Notes: generated by a model not told the origin, from the sequence alone. Positions 27,901-37,135 are shown, counted from the first letter of the stretch. The stretch: DNA of 64,000 bases from an uncultured Candidatus Saccharibacteria bacterium (GCA_964648335.1 CAZYLZ010000006.1:3974-67973), one strand, 5' to 3'. Made by a program: numbers and translations.

Positions 27901-29412
27901 ATGGCCCAGAAACCAACGCACACCTCTCATATCACCGAGCGTCCTCCGGTCGTCGTAGTGATGGGCCACGTCGATCACGGCAAATCGTCGCTCCTCGACT
28001 ACATTAGACACACTAACGTTGTCTCGGGTGAAGCCGGCGGCATAACGCAGCACGTAGCGGCATACGAAGTCGTGCACGAGGGCAAAGAGGGCAAGAAACG
28101 GATCACCTTCATAGACACTCCTGGACACGCGGCATTCACCGCAATCCGTTCGCGCGGAGCGAACGTCGCGGATATCGCTATCTTGGTGGTCTCGGCCGAG
28201 GATGGCGTCAAAGAGCAGACGCTCGAGGTACTAAAGAGCATCCAGGATTCAGAAACACCTTACGTGGTTGCAATAAACAAGATCGACAAGCCGAACGCCG
28301 ACATCGAGCGCACCAAGGTTACCCTCATGGAGCACAACGTGTTTCTCGAAGGGCTCGGTGGCGATGTACCTTGGGTTCCTATTTCTGCCAAAACTGGCCA
28401 AGGCATCCCCGACCTCCTCACGACCGTACTTCTTCTTGCCGAGATAGAAGAGCTTACGGGCGACGAGAATGCGCCTGCAGAGGGATTCGTCATCGAAGCA
28501 AACCGCGATTCGCGCCGTGGCATCGCAGCAACCCTCATCATCACCAACGGATCGCTCAAGATCGGCAACGCGATCCGCGCAAGCACGGCGATCGCTCCGC
28601 TGCGTATACTCGAAGACACCATGGGTAAAAAGCTTAAGAGCGCCGAGATGTCATCACCGATCGTGGTCGTCGGCTTTGACGAACTGCCGCTTGCCGGTAC
28701 GTCGTTCGTCACCCACAACAACAAGCGCGATGCCGAAGAGGCTCGCTCGGCGTTTGTGCGCGCACGCGGCCGCGTTGTGCCACAAGCAGTTGCAGCACAG
28801 GGCACCAAGCACATCATCCCCATCATCATCAAGGCAGATGCGGCAGGATCTCTTGAGGCGCTTCTTCAGGCTTGTGGAGCGCTTGCTACCGAATACGCAG
28901 CCATCACGGTCATCCAGAGCGGTATCGGTCCTGTTTCCGAAAACGACACCAAATCGTCTCTGGCGTCCGGCAGCGCTACCATCATCGCGTTCAACGTGAC
29001 CACCGACAAAAACGCGCTCGAGGCTGCACGCCAGCACTCGATCCCGATCGAAACCTTCGACATCATCTACAAGCTCGTCGAGCGTCTCGAGGCCATCATC
29101 AAGAACCGCACGCCAAAACGATCCGTCGAGAAAGTCTTGGGAACCATTAAGCTCTTGAAGCACTTCAGCAAGCAGAAAGAGTTGCAGGTCGTGGGTGGTC
29201 GGGTCGAGGAAGGAACGCTCGCCAAGAAGGCGAATCTCAAGGTCTCTCGTCGCGGCGTCGTCTTAGGCTACGCCAAAGTGGTTAACCTGCAGTCGCACAA
29301 GCAAAACGTCGAGCGTGTCGATGCCGGCGGTGAGTTCGGCGCACAGCTCGAGGCTGTGTTCGAGATGGCTCCGGGCGACACGCTCGAGAGCATCCAAACC
29401 GTCGAAGAATAA
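27901..29412 (+). CDS. infB: Translation initiation factor IF-2, short form beginning at the G domain
   Basis: [22 protein letters not shown] GTPase motifs. 503 aa. Followed by rbfA. Confidence 0.85.
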   Translation: MAQKPTHTSHITERPPVVVVMGHVDHGKSSLLDYIRHTNVVSGEAGGITQHVAAYEVVHEGKEGKKRITFIDTPGHAAFTAIRSRGANVADIAILVVSAEDGVKEQTLEVLKSIQDSETPYVVAINKIDKPNADIERTKVTLMEHNVFLEGLGGDVPWVPISAKTGQGIPDLLTTVLLLAEIEELTGDENAPAEGFVIEANRDSRRGIAATLIITNGSLKIGNAIRASTAIAPLRILEDTMGKKLKSAEMSSPIVVVGFDELPLAGTSFVTHNNKRDAEEARSAFVRARGRVVPQAVAAQGTKHIIPIIIKADAAGSLEALLQACGALATEYAAITVIQSGIGPVSENDTKSSLASGSATIIAFNVTTDKNALEAARQHSIPIETFDIIYKLVERLEAIIKNRTPKRSVEKVLGTIKLLKHFSKQKELQVVGGRVEEGTLAKKANLKVSRRGVVLGYAKVVNLQSHKQNVERVDAGGEFGAQLEAVFEMAPGDTLESIQTVEE

Positions 29413-29416
29413 TACT

Positions 29417-29746
29417 ATGGACGATCTCCAGCGCATGACTCGCTTTTCAGAAGAACTCGCTCACCAGGCGGCCGAGTTTATACTGCAAGAGATGGGCAGG
29501 CAGTCTTTGGTCACCGTCACTCGTGCGCAGTCTTCGGACGACTTTAACGGCATCACTATCTTCGTGACTGTGTTTCCCGAATCCGAGCAAGAAAAGGCAC
29601 TGGCCTGGCTCAAGCGCTCGCGCACGGCGTTTCGGGACTTTATTGCCAAGAAATCGCCCGGATTACGCCCTCCTACCATAGACTTTGTCATAGACCTCGG
29701 CGAGCGAAATCGCCGCCTCATCGACGAGAAGCTCAAGCCTTTGTAA
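29417..29746 (+). CDS. rbfA: Ribosome-binding factor A
   Basis: MDDLQRMTRFSEELAHQAAEFILQEMGRQSLVTVTRAQSSDDFNGITIFVTV pattern. infB-rbfA synteny. Confidence 0.7.
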   Translation: MDDLQRMTRFSEELAHQAAEFILQEMGRQSLVTVTRAQSSDDFNGITIFVTVFPESEQEKALAWLKRSRTAFRDFIAKKSPGLRPPTIDFVIDLGERNRRLIDEKLKPL

Positions 29747-29768
29747 GCAGAATTTGGGACACACTTGC

Positions 29769-29797
29769 CTACCACCCCTCGTGTGGTAGTTTTTTTA
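29769..29797 (+). terminator. Rho-independent terminator
   Basis: ctaccacccctcgtgtggtagttttttt. Confidence 0.7.
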
Positions 29798-29820
29798 TAG
29801 ATACAACACAAGGAGCTGGT

Positions 29821-30126
29821 ATGTCGATAATGGTACTTATGCTCGGGGCCAAGGGTCCTGGCAACGTCACCGAGTGGCGAGTCGATACGGTAGAGCCGTT
29901 CGACTCGAAAGAGTTCCAGCGGATCGGGATCAAGAACACACGAGTTGAAGCGTTTCTAAAGGCGCAGCTCGCGGATGCCTTCGTGACGACAGATCGCGAT
30001 CATGCCCTTTCGGTCGGCTTTTGGCTTGGTGAGACACATCCCTACTGGTCCGACTTCCACGGAAAGTTGGTGGATATGTGGATCACGGTACTCGACTATT
30101 CGGCTACGGATGGGTTTCCTGTCTGA
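29821..30126 (+). CDS. Hypothetical protein (101 aa)
   Basis: aaggag RBS. Terminator hairpin ccaccgtacggtgg plus T-run at 30131-30160. Confidence 0.45.
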   Translation: MSIMVLMLGAKGPGNVTEWRVDTVEPFDSKEFQRIGIKNTRVEAFLKAQLADAFVTTDRDHALSVGFWLGETHPYWSDFHGKLVDMWITVLDYSATDGFPV

Positions 30127-30160
30127 TATGCCACGGCCACCGTACGGTGGTCTTTTTTTA

Positions 30161-30286
30161 TCCCGAGAGTGGGACTCGGCCAAGAACATTCTTAAACGCC
30201 GACGCGTTCAAGAATTTCTCGGCCCTGATTCTGCGACCAGGCCTACTGGCCTAGTACGCGCAGAATCGTTCGAGTCCCACTCTCGG
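30161..30286. repeat. ~125-nt compound inverted-repeat structure whose outer arms are copies of the tRNA-Leu(TAA) 3' end
   Basis: ccgagagtgggactcg at 30161-30176 and its reverse complement at 30270-30285. A 21-nt tRNA-sense copy gttcgagtcccactctcggca lies at 30265-30286. Two nested internal hairpins at 30177-30221 and 30225-30267. Confidence 0.7.
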
Positions 30287-30297
30287 CAAAAACAATA

Positions 30298-30321
30298 CGG
30301 CCTGCAAACATGTTTGCAGGC
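30298..30321. terminator. Perfect 24-nt palindrome ggcctgcaaacatgtttgcaggcc (bidirectional terminator candidate just 3' of tRNA-Leu)
   Basis: Perfect palindrome followed by T-rich sequence on both strands. Confidence 0.55.
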
Positions 30322-30334
30322 CTACTGTTTTATG

Positions 30335-30421
30335 TGCCGAGAGTGGGACTCGAACCCACACGCCGTTTTAAGTCGGCAAGAGATTTTAAGTCTCTGACGT
30401 CTACCATTCCGCCATCTCGGC
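30335..30421 (-). tRNA. tRNA-Leu(UAA), type II with long variable arm
   Basis: Minus-sense GCCGAGATGGCGGAATGGTAGACG..AGAGACTTAAAATCTCT..variable arm..TGTGGGTTCGAGTCCCACTCTCGGCA. Anticodon TAA. CCA not encoded. Confidence 0.85.
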
Positions 30422-30424
30422 TTG

Positions 30425-30640
30425 AGATATTTAGAGGGATTCGGCCACCCGTAATTTGCTGGTGCAAATTCGGTCGGCCCCCGCTCGTCCTCGTCAGGAC
30501 TCCGCGATGCGAATCCCTCCCGTCATGTGCCTATGCACATGACTTCAGGCTCCCTCATGGGATTCGGGAGGCCTGAGAGGGATTCGCACCCTCGCATAGT
30601 AGTTTTGCAGACCACCGCGTTTACTTCTTCGCCATCAGGC
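30425..30640. other. Highly structured intergenic region with four copies of GGGATTCG/CGAATCCC and several perfect hairpins (candidate ncRNA or tRNA-derived fragments)
   Basis: gagggattcg (30434) pairs with cgaatccctc (30509). Hairpins aatttgc-tggt-gcaaatt, tcatgtgc-ctat-gcacatga, gaggg-attcgca-ccctc. The reverse complement TGCGAAT loop resembles a T-loop. Confidence 0.35.
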
Positions 30641-30745
30641 CGTAGCAGGCAGTATAAATCATGAATGGCATAGTCCAAAATGCTTGAGTAGTGCCGCCCC
30701 ATCAGCATGGTTAAATTGAGTCCAGGAAGCATACAGGAGAAACTA

Positions 30746-31396
30746 ATGACTCACGAAGAAACCATCACCGCCATCGAGAAGCGCGTCAGGACAATGATGC
30801 CAACCGAGGCTGCGCACGACTGGTTCCATGTCGAACGTGTGCAGCGAACGGCGCGTCATATAGCTCGTGCCGAGGGCGCGAGCCTCTACATCGTAGAGCT
30901 CGCGGCACTTTTGCACGACATCGGTGATTGGAAGTTCCACGATGGCGACGACACCGTAGGTCCAAAGATAGCACGCGAAGTGATGGCCGAATTCAAGATC
31001 GAGCTGCCTGTCGTCGATCATGTGGCCGACATCATAGCGACCATATCGTTCAAGGGTGCGGGTGTACCCACGCCCATGCGGACACTCGAGGGCAAGTGTG
31101 CTCAAGACGCCGATCGTCTCGACGCAATAGGTCCCATCGGCATCGCTCGCGTATTTGCCTACGGCGGACATAAGTGCACACCTTTGTGGGATCCGAACGA
31201 AAAGCCGGTTCTGCACACCAACAAACAAAGCTACCATCGCAGTACTGCAAGCTCGCTCGGGCACTTCGACGAAAAGCTGTTTCATATCGCCGGGCGCATG
31301 CAGACAAAGACCGGCCAAGCGATGGCACAGGGACGCGACGCATACATGCGCGAGTTCGTAACCCGCTTCAAGCAAGATTGGTTTATCGACGAGTGA
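30746..31396 (+). CDS. HD-domain metal-dependent phosphohydrolase
   Basis: HDWFHVERV...LLHDIGD...DADRLDAIG motifs. aggaga RBS before ATG 30746. Confidence 0.7.
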   Translation: MTHEETITAIEKRVRTMMPTEAAHDWFHVERVQRTARHIARAEGASLYIVELAALLHDIGDWKFHDGDDTVGPKIAREVMAEFKIELPVVDHVADIIATISFKGAGVPTPMRTLEGKCAQDADRLDAIGPIGIARVFAYGGHKCTPLWDPNEKPVLHTNKQSYHRSTASSLGHFDEKLFHIAGRMQTKTGQAMAQGRDAYMREFVTRFKQDWFIDE

Positions 31397-31408
31397 CACG
31401 ACCACACT

Positions 31409-31445
31409 GGTCCCGCGCACATGCTGCGCGGGACCACATTATTTG
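31409..31445 (+). terminator. Rho-independent terminator
   Basis: ggtcccgcgcacatgctgcgcgggacc followed by acattatttg. Confidence 0.65.
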
Positions 31446-31543
31446 ACACATTTCTAATGTACAGTCGAGGTAGTTTAGTGTTAGATACAAAGAGACACTT
31501 CCATCCGGAGGTGGAAAAGAGAAGTAACAACAGGAGAAGTATC

Positions 31544-33388
31544 ATGTGCGGAATCGTCGGATGCATAGGCGCCAAGCCAGCACTCCCCATGCTCTATGCA
31601 GGTCTCAAAGACCTCATGTATCGCGGGTACGACAGTGCAGGTATCGCGACCTTCAACAACGACTCTATCGTGCGCGCTCGCGTTCAAGGTGCGCCTTTGA
31701 AGCTCAAACACAAGCTCAAGCACCTTCCGCAAGACGCCACGGTCGGTATCGCTCACAACCGGTGGGCCACTCACGGCAAGCCGGCCGAACGGAATGCGCA
31801 TCCGCATACCTCGAGCGGCAACATGGTCGCGGTGGTCCATAACGGAATCATCGAGAATCATGATGAACTTCGAGACGAGCTGATCGCCCAAGGCTGCCGC
31901 TTTCAGAGCGAAACCGACACCGAGGTCATCCCGAACCTAATCGAACGAGAAATCGTTGCCGGCGCGAGGGATTTAACCCAAGCTGTCGAGCGCATCGTTC
32001 CCCGGCTCAAAGGCGGCTTCGCGATCGCGGTCATCTCGAGCCTCTTCCAAGACGAAGTCGTGCTCGTTCGATCGGGCATGCCTCTCATAATCGGAGCGGG
32101 TATCGGTGGCGTCTATTTTGCCTCAGACGAGACCCCGCTTGTCGACTATGTGAAGGAAGTGGTTCAGATGGTCGACGGCGAGATAGCTACTCTCTGTCGC
32201 GACGGAACCTTCCAGATTGCACGTAAACGACTGCCGAAGAATTCAGACCGGAGGCGGCCGCTGCGCGTACAGAAAGGAACAACTGGAAAGGACGGGCACA
32301 AGTACTACATGTTCAAAGAGATCATGGAACAGCCCGAATCCGTGCGAAATGCCATCCGCGGACGACTCTTCGATGGCACCGTGGTACTGCCCGAGCTCGA
32401 TCTGATCGAGGATAAGATCAGAAATGCGTCGTGCGTTACCCTGGTCGCCTGCGGCACCTCGAAATATGCTGGAGCAGTCGCTCGACTCGCATTCGAGAAG
32501 CTTGCGCGCGTGAAGACGATGCTCGAAGAAGCATCCGAGTATCATACGCGCGAAGCCCTTGTCCAAGACGGAGAGCTCGTCATCGGCATCTCCCAATCGG
32601 GAGAGACCGCCGACACCTGCCTTGCGCTCGAATACGCCAAGAACCGCAATGCCACGTGCATCGCAGTAGTGAACCGACAGGGCTTCAAGCTCGGCGACAT
32701 CGCTGATGCCGAGATCGGAGCGCTTGCGGGTCCCGAGATAGCAGTAGCCTCTACCAAAGCTTTTACGGCCCAGGTGGTGGTGCTCATTCTCTTGGCGATG
32801 CGCGTAGCGACAATCCGTGGGACGCTTACCGACTACGATCGTCTTCGGCTCGTCGAGAGCCTCGAGAACCTACCAGAGGCAGTCGAAGAAGTGCTCAAGT
32901 ACGCCAATGTGATGCGAAACGTCGCAAAATCGTATCTTGCGGCACCCAGAACGCTCTTCATCGGACGCGGCTATTGTGTGCCGATCGCCGACGAAGGAAC
33001 GCTCAAGCTCCAAGAGATCGGCTATGTCGATGCTGCTGCCTACTCGGCAGGAGCGCTCAAGCACGGACCCTTGGCTCTCGTCGAGGACGTGATCCCTGTA
33101 ATCGCAATCGCGCTTTCGGGAACGGCGTCGGACAAGACCTTAAACAGCGTGCAGGAAGTGGTCGCACGCAGCGGGCACATCATCGGCATCGTCACGAAAG
33201 GGTCAGCAGAAGAGGAGCTCATGCGGAAGCTCGCGAAGGTCCTGATAAGCCTTCCAAACACTGCAGAGGAGCTCTCGCCTATTCTTGCGGCGCCACTCGT
33301 TCAGCTCTACGCGTACTACAGCGGCGTGCTTCGTAAGCACAACGTTGATCGTCCGCGTAATCTCGCAAAATCGGTGACGGTCGAATAA
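31544..33388 (+). CDS. glmS: Glutamine--fructose-6-phosphate aminotransferase
   Basis: Starts MCGIVGCIG (N-terminal Cys nucleophile), followed by two SIS domains. aggaga RBS. Confidence 0.9.
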   Translation: MCGIVGCIGAKPALPMLYAGLKDLMYRGYDSAGIATFNNDSIVRARVQGAPLKLKHKLKHLPQDATVGIAHNRWATHGKPAERNAHPHTSSGNMVAVVHNGIIENHDELRDELIAQGCRFQSETDTEVIPNLIEREIVAGARDLTQAVERIVPRLKGGFAIAVISSLFQDEVVLVRSGMPLIIGAGIGGVYFASDETPLVDYVKEVVQMVDGEIATLCRDGTFQIARKRLPKNSDRRRPLRVQKGTTGKDGHKYYMFKEIMEQPESVRNAIRGRLFDGTVVLPELDLIEDKIRNASCVTLVACGTSKYAGAVARLAFEKLARVKTMLEEASEYHTREALVQDGELVIGISQSGETADTCLALEYAKNRNATCIAVVNRQGFKLGDIADAEIGALAGPEIAVASTKAFTAQVVVLILLAMRVATIRGTLTDYDRLRLVESLENLPEAVEEVLKYANVMRNVAKSYLAAPRTLFIGRGYCVPIADEGTLKLQEIGYVDAAAYSAGALKHGPLALVEDVIPVIAIALSGTASDKTLNSVQEVVARSGHIIGIVTKGSAEEELMRKLAKVLISLPNTAEELSPILAAPLVQLYAYYSGVLRKHNVDRPRNLAKSVTVE

Positions 33389-33397
33389 ACCGCGCCA

Positions 33398-33475
33398 CGA
33401 CGCCGAGCACACTGTGCTCGGCGTTTTTTATTTTGGTCATTAATAAAAAATCCCCAGGGTATGACCTGGGGAATC
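33398..33475. terminator. Convergent terminator pair
   Basis: gccgagcacactgtgctcggcgtttttt for the plus strand. tccccagggtatgacctgggga with a T-run on the minus strand. Confidence 0.65.
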
Positions 33476-33484
33476 GAATCAATA

Positions 33485-34051
33485 TCAGACCGTCTCGGGC
33501 ACGGTCTGAAGCGGCCGCGAGATGGTTCTGCAATTGGCTTTATCGCCCGCGGACCAATCGAACTTTTCGGAGAGATCTACGTAGTCCTCGGGGCGGTCGA
33601 GTCGTACCCACACGCGGTGCGTAGCACCATCTGATGTCTTGTGGACTGTCTGTGCGATCTCGTCGACGCTTGCAAGGATGCCAGACTCGTCACTGTCGTC
33701 ATCATTCAATACGAGCCGCGCACCTTTCGCAGGCAGCGGGTCGAGGAAGACGAGGGATTCGAGACATGGCCCGAAGGCACGTGCGAGCTCCGTACTTGGA
33801 GCCTCAACAATCATCAGGACATTCGGCACTTCATCCTGCTCATCATCATAATCTCCCGTGTCATTTCGATCGTGCTTGTCGGGAGCGTTCACGTAAAGGA
33901 AAAACATCATGACGACCCACACCGTGCCGAGCACGAATAATCCGTCTGTATCTGCAAGCACAGGCTTACCGGCCGAAGTCGCGCGAAACAGTGACTCAGA
34001 GAACGCTACTACGGGCCAAAACCCGAGTGCCCAGATCAAGAAATACGCCAT
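33485..34051 (-). CDS. Hypothetical membrane protein with acidic C-terminal region
   Basis: Start chosen at MAYFLIW (34051) because gcaggagg SD lies 5 nt upstream. The longer ORF extends to 34162. Confidence 0.45.
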   Translation of the reverse strand: MAYFLIWALGFWPVVAFSESLFRATSAGKPVLADTDGLFVLGTVWVVMMFFLYVNAPDKHDRNDTGDYDDEQDEVPNVLMIVEAPSTELARAFGPCLESLVFLDPLPAKGARLVLNDDDSDESGILASVDEIAQTVHKTSDGATHRVWVRLDRPEDYVDLSEKFDWSAGDKANCRTISRPLQTVPETV

Positions 34052-34296
34052 TAGATGCCTCCTGCGTTGATACATAGCCACAAAGAAAATACTATTTATT
34101 GTCGATTTGTCAAATCGGCAATCCATCATGCACGCGTATGCAAAAAGATGCTTTCTGCACAATTCTCAGCTATCGGCCGAGTCATATTTTTTGTTAGTTT
34201 GTGGGTAGAGGAGCTCGGTCACGACTCTCAATCTGCCGTCGCAGATTTCGGTCGCGACCCCGCCTCGCGGTTTTGCCTGCTGGCCAAACATCGCTG

Positions 34297-34341
34297 CGGC
34301 TTTCGAGTCTCCCTCGCGATGTGCTCAAGCACATCGCTTCT
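34297..34341. repeat. Inverted partial copy of tRNA-Leu(UAG) 3' end interrupted by a 22-nt perfect palindrome
   Basis: ttcgagtctccctc[gcgatgtgctcaagcacatcgc]ttctgccca in tRNA sense on the plus strand, 25 nt from the real tRNA 3' end on the minus strand. Confidence 0.65.
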
Positions 34342-34365
34342 GCCCATAATGTCACTTCGTTCCTG

Positions 34366-34447
34366 TGGGCAGAGGGAGACTCGAACTCCCATGCCTTGCG
34401 GCGTCGCGTCCTAAGCGCGGTGCGTCTACCAATTTCGCCATCTGCCC
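34366..34447 (-). tRNA. tRNA-Leu(UAG)
   Basis: Minus-sense GGGCAGATGGCGAAATTGGTAGACGC..CCGCG CTTAGGA CGCGA..GGGAGTTCGAGTCTCCCTCTGCCCA. Anticodon TAG. Confidence 0.8.
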
Positions 34448-34536
34448 GTCCAGCCGAGTATAGCGCACCTGGCCTGTTTTCAAAACGAAATAACCTGTTA
34501 GAATAGCCCTCGTATCGGCAAAGGCTTATACAGTAT

Positions 34537-34609
34537 GCGCCCGTAGCTCAGTTGGTAGAGCAGCCGCCTCTTAAGCGGTAGGTCCATGGTTCGAGTCCAT
34601 GCGGGCGCA
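34537..34609 (+). tRNA. tRNA-Lys(CUU)
   Basis: GCGCCCGTAGCTCAGTTGGTAGAGCAGCCGCCTCTTAAGCGGTAGGTCCATGGTTCGAGTCCATGCGGGCGCA. Anticodon CTT. Confidence 0.9.
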
Positions 34610-34619
34610 CCGGAGACAA

Positions 34620-34650
34620 AAAGGACTGGCCTGTGCCAGTCCTTTTTGCG
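34620..34650. terminator. Bidirectional terminator hairpin
   Basis: aaaaaggactggcctgtgccagtccttttt. Confidence 0.7.
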
Positions 34651-34756
34651 AGGTGCGAGCCGGAGCAGCTTGGCTACGAATCACCTCGATGGTGGCAGGA
34701 GGGAGCCTGCCGAGCCCGGGCCGTGCGCGTTTATAGCAAGAAACCACGCTAGGCCA

Positions 34757-34797
34757 CGAAAATACAAAATCCCCTGTGGGGATCTTTGTATTTTATT
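34757..34797. terminator. Terminator hairpin at end of minus-strand small-protein array
   Basis: atacaaaatcccctgtggggatctttgtatttt. Confidence 0.6.
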
Positions 34798-34805
34798 TTG
34801 GTTCC

Positions 34806-34985
34806 TCATCGGACGTCTGCAGACTCCGCGAGGCTCCGGGTGTATTCTTCGAGCCTCTTACGATTCTCTTGTATCGCCTTCTCCAAGTTCGCAAGGCAGC
34901 GCCGGGCATGTGCCAGGTCGCGCTCGCGCGCCGCTATCTCGCCTCGATACCACGTAACCTCCTGTTGTATGTGTTGCGTATTCAT
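34806..34985 (-). CDS. Small coiled-coil protein P1 (59 aa; not in ORF table because <60 aa)
   Basis: Reverse translation MNTQHIQQEVTWYRGEIAAREADLAHARRCLANLEKAIQENRKRLEEYTRSLAESADVR. Paralogous pattern with the next two genes. Confidence 0.4.
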   Translation of the reverse strand: MNTQHIQQEVTWYRGEIAARERDLAHARRCLANLEKAIQENRKRLEEYTRSLAESADVR

Positions 34986-35035
34986 ATTTCACATATACAT
35001 GAACTGTATAGAGAAAGTATGAAGATAGTTTCAGC

Positions 35036-35290
35036 TTACCTTTTCTGCCCCGCCTGCTTCCTCAGATCATCGGCATACCGTTCCATATCCCTCTTATAAC
35101 CATCGAGCTTTGTCTTGCCACCTGCCATGTAGCGAGTCAGCTCTCCTTCGGCACGCTTCGCGTCATCTAGCTCGCGCGCAAGTCGAGCCTGTGTGCTTTT
35201 GTTCTTCTCTAATTCTCCCTGCTTTATCTCGAGTTCCCTGGTCCACCATGCCGCCTCGCTCTTTGCCTTTTCGATATTTATATCTGCCAT
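35036..35290 (-). CDS. Small coiled-coil protein P2 (84 aa)
   Basis: EAAWWTRELEIKQGELEKNK..., heptad-rich and charged. Same (W/R)(W/Y)xxE(L/I)....ELEK pattern as P1 and P3. Confidence 0.45.
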   Translation of the reverse strand: MADINIEKAKSEAAWWTRELEIKQGELEKNKSTQARLARELDDAKRAEGELTRYMAGGKTKLDGYKRDMERYADDLRKQAGQKR

Positions 35291-35343
35291 ATCTATGAGT
35301 TTATACTTTGTACCTGGTAAATAGCATGAAGGCAGCGGGCACC

Positions 35344-35592
35344 TTAATGAAGCTTGACCGACCCCTTGCGCTGCACCTCGTCGAACTCCGCCTTCGAGAG
35401 CTCGCGCTCTGCCATGCTCTTTTTTTGGCGGTCGCTCCTGATCTTCGCCTCGAGCTGCGCCGCGTGCACCTTAATCTTCTCAAGATCTTCTATCGTGCGC
35501 TTAGCTTTTTCGAGTTCTCGTTCCGCATTCTTGAGTTCTTCGCCGTATCGTTGGATGACCTGCTTTATCTGGGGGATGTCCATGGAGAGCAT
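35344..35592 (-). CDS. Small coiled-coil protein P3 (82 aa)
   Basis: QRYGEELKNAERELEKAKRTIEDLEK pattern. Confidence 0.45.
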   Translation of the reverse strand: MLSMDIPQIKQVIQRYGEELKNAERELEKAKRTIEDLEKIKVHAAQLEAKIRSDRQKKSMAERELSKAEFDEVQRKGSVKLH

Positions 35593-35599
35593 TATCTTC

Positions 35600-35941
35600 T
35601 TAAAAGCCCGTGGTTCCCGTCGGAAACGGGGATGTCGATCCGCTGTCGCGGTTGATACCTGTACTGTACGTCTGGCCGCGTATATCGAGCCCGAAAGTAT
35701 CGTCGATAAGCGAGATGATACTGCCGACCGCCACCATGATGAACATGCCGATGATGCCGTAGATCATATGATTCTTCCCGTCTGCGTTCTCGCCCCCCGA
35801 CTCCACGCTCCGCATAAACTGGAACAGTCCCCACACAAACACCAAAAATCCTACCGAGAATATCAGTAGGATTATTGGGTTGATGATGTATTCAACAATG
35901 CGGCCCAGGAGCTCTGCCCCGCTGGTTGCTGAAAAGTTCAT
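35600..35941 (-). CDS. Small two-TM membrane protein M1 (paralog family)
   Basis: Two hydrophobic helices separated by a short charged loop. C-terminal pattern (K/A)xR..IYG.I..F(V/M).V..I shared with M2-M4. Confidence 0.5.
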   Translation of the reverse strand: MNFSATSGAELLGRIVEYIINPIILLIFSVGFLVFVWGLFQFMRSVESGGENADGKNHMIYGIIGMFIMVAVGSIISLIDDTFGLDIRGQTYSTGINRDSGSTSPFPTGTTGF

Positions 35942-35963
35942 ACACTAAATCTATCGACGTGAG

Positions 35964-36323
35964 CTAGAAGCTCGTGCCCTGGAGCTGAATCGCCTTAGGG
36001 ATGATTGGATCGGTCGAGGTGACCTTGAAGGTGCTCTGCAAGAGACGGATGATACCCCAGACCGACACCATGACGAAGAGCGAAAGGATGCCGTAGATCA
36101 TAATGTCGCGTGCCTTCTCCTTCGACTCGTCTCCAGAGCCGATGTACTGGATGAGTCCCCAAAAGAAGTAGATGAGCGCCAAAGTGATCAGCATCGGTAT
36201 GACCGCGTTCAAGACCGTGTTCACCAAGTTGAGGGTGTCGAGAAACGTTACTGCTCCAGCCACTGCAGGGATCGTTACTGCTGCGATGGCGAGTGCTCCT
36301 GCGAGCTTGGGGCTAAAGTTCAT
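35964..36323 (-). CDS. Small secreted two-TM membrane protein M2 (VirB2/TrbC-like topology)
   Basis: Signal peptide MNFSPKLAGALAIAAVTIPAVAGA, TM1, loop GSGDESKEKARD, TM2. Confidence 0.5.
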   Translation of the reverse strand: MNFSPKLAGALAIAAVTIPAVAGAVTFLDTLNLVNTVLNAVIPMLITLALIYFFWGLIQYIGSGDESKEKARDIMIYGILSLFVMVSVWGIIRLLQSTFKVTSTDPIIPKAIQLQGTSF

Positions 36324-36362
36324 ACGGGGCGATTAGTTAAAGCTAGTGATATAGATACCATT

Positions 36363-36746
36363 TTACCCCCGAAGCGTCTCTTTAGGTTCTGCCGCTGTGG
36401 ATAGCATATGTGCATCGGGCCCTCGAGCGCTTCCAGCGGCGTCAAGGCTACTCTGGAGGATGCGCAGTATCCCCCAGATGGACACGGCTACGAACAGGAT
36501 GAGTATGCCCCAGCCGAAAATCTGCGACCGCTTAGCAAGACCGCCCTCTTCGAGATTCTGCGTCGAGTTGAATCCGATCCACATATAGTAGACAACCATG
36601 AGCGTAAGGATGGTCGGTATAAGCAAATCTATGATGCCGACGAACCAATTGACCAGATCGTCGAACGTCTTAGGTGCGGCAAAGGCCACCGCCGGCATCA
36701 CTATCAAGATGGCGAGGAGGAAGGTTATGCGTCGTGTGTACGCCAT
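36363..36746 (-). CDS. Small secreted two-TM membrane protein M3
   Basis: Signal peptide ..MPAVAFA|AP, TM1, loop NSTQNLEEGGLAKRSQ, TM2. Confidence 0.5.
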   Translation of the reverse strand: MAYTRRITFLLAILIVMPAVAFAAPKTFDDLVNWFVGIIDLLIPTILTLMVVYYMWIGFNSTQNLEEGGLAKRSQIFGWGILILFVAVSIWGILRILQSSLDAAGSARGPDAHMLSTAAEPKETLRG

Positions 36747-36747
36747 A

Positions 36748-37128
36748 TTAGCCGCGCAGCTGCTCTACGGTTCCTGCCAGTATTTGCGAAAGGGCCCACG
36801 CACCCAATATCATGATCGCTCCAATGACGACGTACAGGAAGTTGCGCTTTGCCGCCTCGATGCCGCTCGAGTTGCCGCGTGCAACCACAAACTGGAACCC
36901 AGCGTACACAATGAATACGCTGATGATGGGGAGCGAGATTGTGACTAGTGCTTTCAAAAGGCCCGATATGAATTCGGGGAAGGAGCAGAATTGGAGCGGG
37001 TTACTGAGACGCCCAGCATCGTTGGAACCGCATGCAGCGAATGTCGGGGTCACGCCTGCAAGCCACAGGCAGGTCGCCGAAGCGGCTAACGTACCGACCT
37101 TGTCATATGTCGAGGTAAATAGTTTCAT
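36748..37128 (-). CDS. Small secreted two-TM membrane protein M4 (possible lipobox FAAC)
   Basis: Signal peptide with TFAAC, TM1, loop ARGNSSGIEAAKRN, TM2. Confidence 0.5.
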   Translation of the reverse strand: MKLFTSTYDKVGTLAASATCLWLAGVTPTFAACGSNDAGRLSNPLQFCSFPEFISGLLKALVTISLPIISVFIVYAGFQFVVARGNSSGIEAAKRNFLYVVIGAIMILGAWALSQILAGTVEQLRG

Positions 37129-37135
37129 GAGTGAT

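Noticed and set aside
31446-31543. Possible glmS ribozyme upstream of glmS
   Set aside because: Only ~100 nt are available after the upstream terminator and no glmS-ribozyme core consensus is recognisable. This looks like an ordinary leader with an RBS.
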